From: Felis catus
Taxonomy: Eukaryota
Reading direction: 5' to 3'
NCBI RefSeq assembly: GCF_018350175.1
Contig: NC_058373.1
Span: forward strand, 112,222,001 to 112,286,000
DNA: 64,000 bases
This document shows positions 62,925 to 64,000 of the stretch, piece by piece. The notes beneath the pieces were generated by a model that saw only the letters and a list, made by a program, of their open reading frames with translations, was not told the origin of the DNA and did not search any database. Both the position numbers and the translations under genes were made by a program. Each line of letters starts with the position of its first letter. Within the stretch, counting starts at the first letter, position 1.

Positions 62925-64000
62925 GAATCTGAATTCTATTTTTAAAAAGACACATGCAGTGAGAAATCATGGTTAGGGGATGACAATGTTTTATTAGTAT
63001 TGGTATCAGTATGTATATCTCTAATTTCTTCTCAATCTTATTCTATTAAGGGCTTGAACAGCTGATAAAATCACACAGAGCATATAAGATTAAATAAATA
63101 TATGACTAAATCAAATCAAAGAGAAAATAAGTTGAAGCCAGGTAAATACATGAAAATACATGATGAAAGTATTATATATAGTTGGTAGAAGCAGGCTTCA
63201 AACTTGGTTCTGGATTTCCCAGAAAAAGAAACATGGGTTTACATTGTCCACAAAATAATAATAAACCAATTGCTCAGGAGAAATATAGATTTTACTAGTA
63301 CTGAGACCAGAGAGAAATTTCTCTTCCATGGAGATGGGATACTCTACATATGTTATAGTAGCTAATGTCCTCAACAATATTTCTAAGGTGAATTCAGAAT
63401 CTAAATTTCCTAGCCTGTTTCTTATCTTTGTTGGCACAATATAATAAAAAAATTATCAATCTGAAATTTTTAAAAAGCAATGGGTCAGTTCAAGATGATT
63501 TGGTCCATGTGCACAGCACACTATTAGTCTGACTTGGCCCATAGATAAAATTTACAAAATCTAGATGGCTGGATCTACTACCCATCCTTTAACCCATGTT
63601 CTACTTATATTTTTTCTTTTAACTATTGCTTGATAAGAATTGGAAACAGAAAGCTTGAGATTTTCTTCTCCAATAAGAACCTAGAATACAATCAGAAGCA
63701 ATATAAAGTCATCAAGGTATAAATTTAAAAGATGGAGGAGAAGAGGGTATGAGAAGGACAGATTCTTGTTTTACTTTAAAATTAGCTGAAGGTCATTTCA
63801 AAGGATCTTAGAGTAAGGAGTTTAAAATCTTTTAGCTCCAGATTCAAATCAAGTCAAGATTAGTAAATAGTGAAGGGTTCCATTTGATTCAATCACTCTA
63901 TGGAGATTTTTTTTTTTTTCCTTCCTTGCAGAACGTTGAATCTTTGAACTTTGGACTAGGGCAGCCCACAGATCGTACCTTTTTTTCTCTTATCTCCTCT

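Overview
AT-rich mammalian genomic DNA from a cat-family carnivore. The assignment rests on about 22 tRNA-derived Can-SINE/SINEC_Fc copies and felid-type L1; the species cannot be determined. The first ~55 kb is intergenic and dominated by transposons. It holds a full-length but inactivated 7.5-kb L1 with a 16-bp TSD and a SINE inside ORF1, a young 5'-truncated L1 nested in MER82 nested in an old L1M, and L2, MIR, MLT and hAT/Tigger fossils. The last ~9 kb holds the first eight coding exons of a coiled-coil gene that I recognise as CCDC196 (+ strand, ATG 55855, 238 codons in frame across seven junctions, one a GC-AG intron); the gene continues past the window end. Almost all entries in the ORF track are repeat-derived or spurious. 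I found no convincing previously undescribed biological system. The best leads are an in-frame upstream ORF separated from CCDC196 by one TAG, a poly(A)-only retrotransposition scar upstream of the gene, the GC donor, a tight inverted SINE pair in intron 8, and the repeat-expanded L1 5' UTR. Repeat-family names come from recalled consensus sequences, not from a search, and repeat boundaries without TSDs are approximate.
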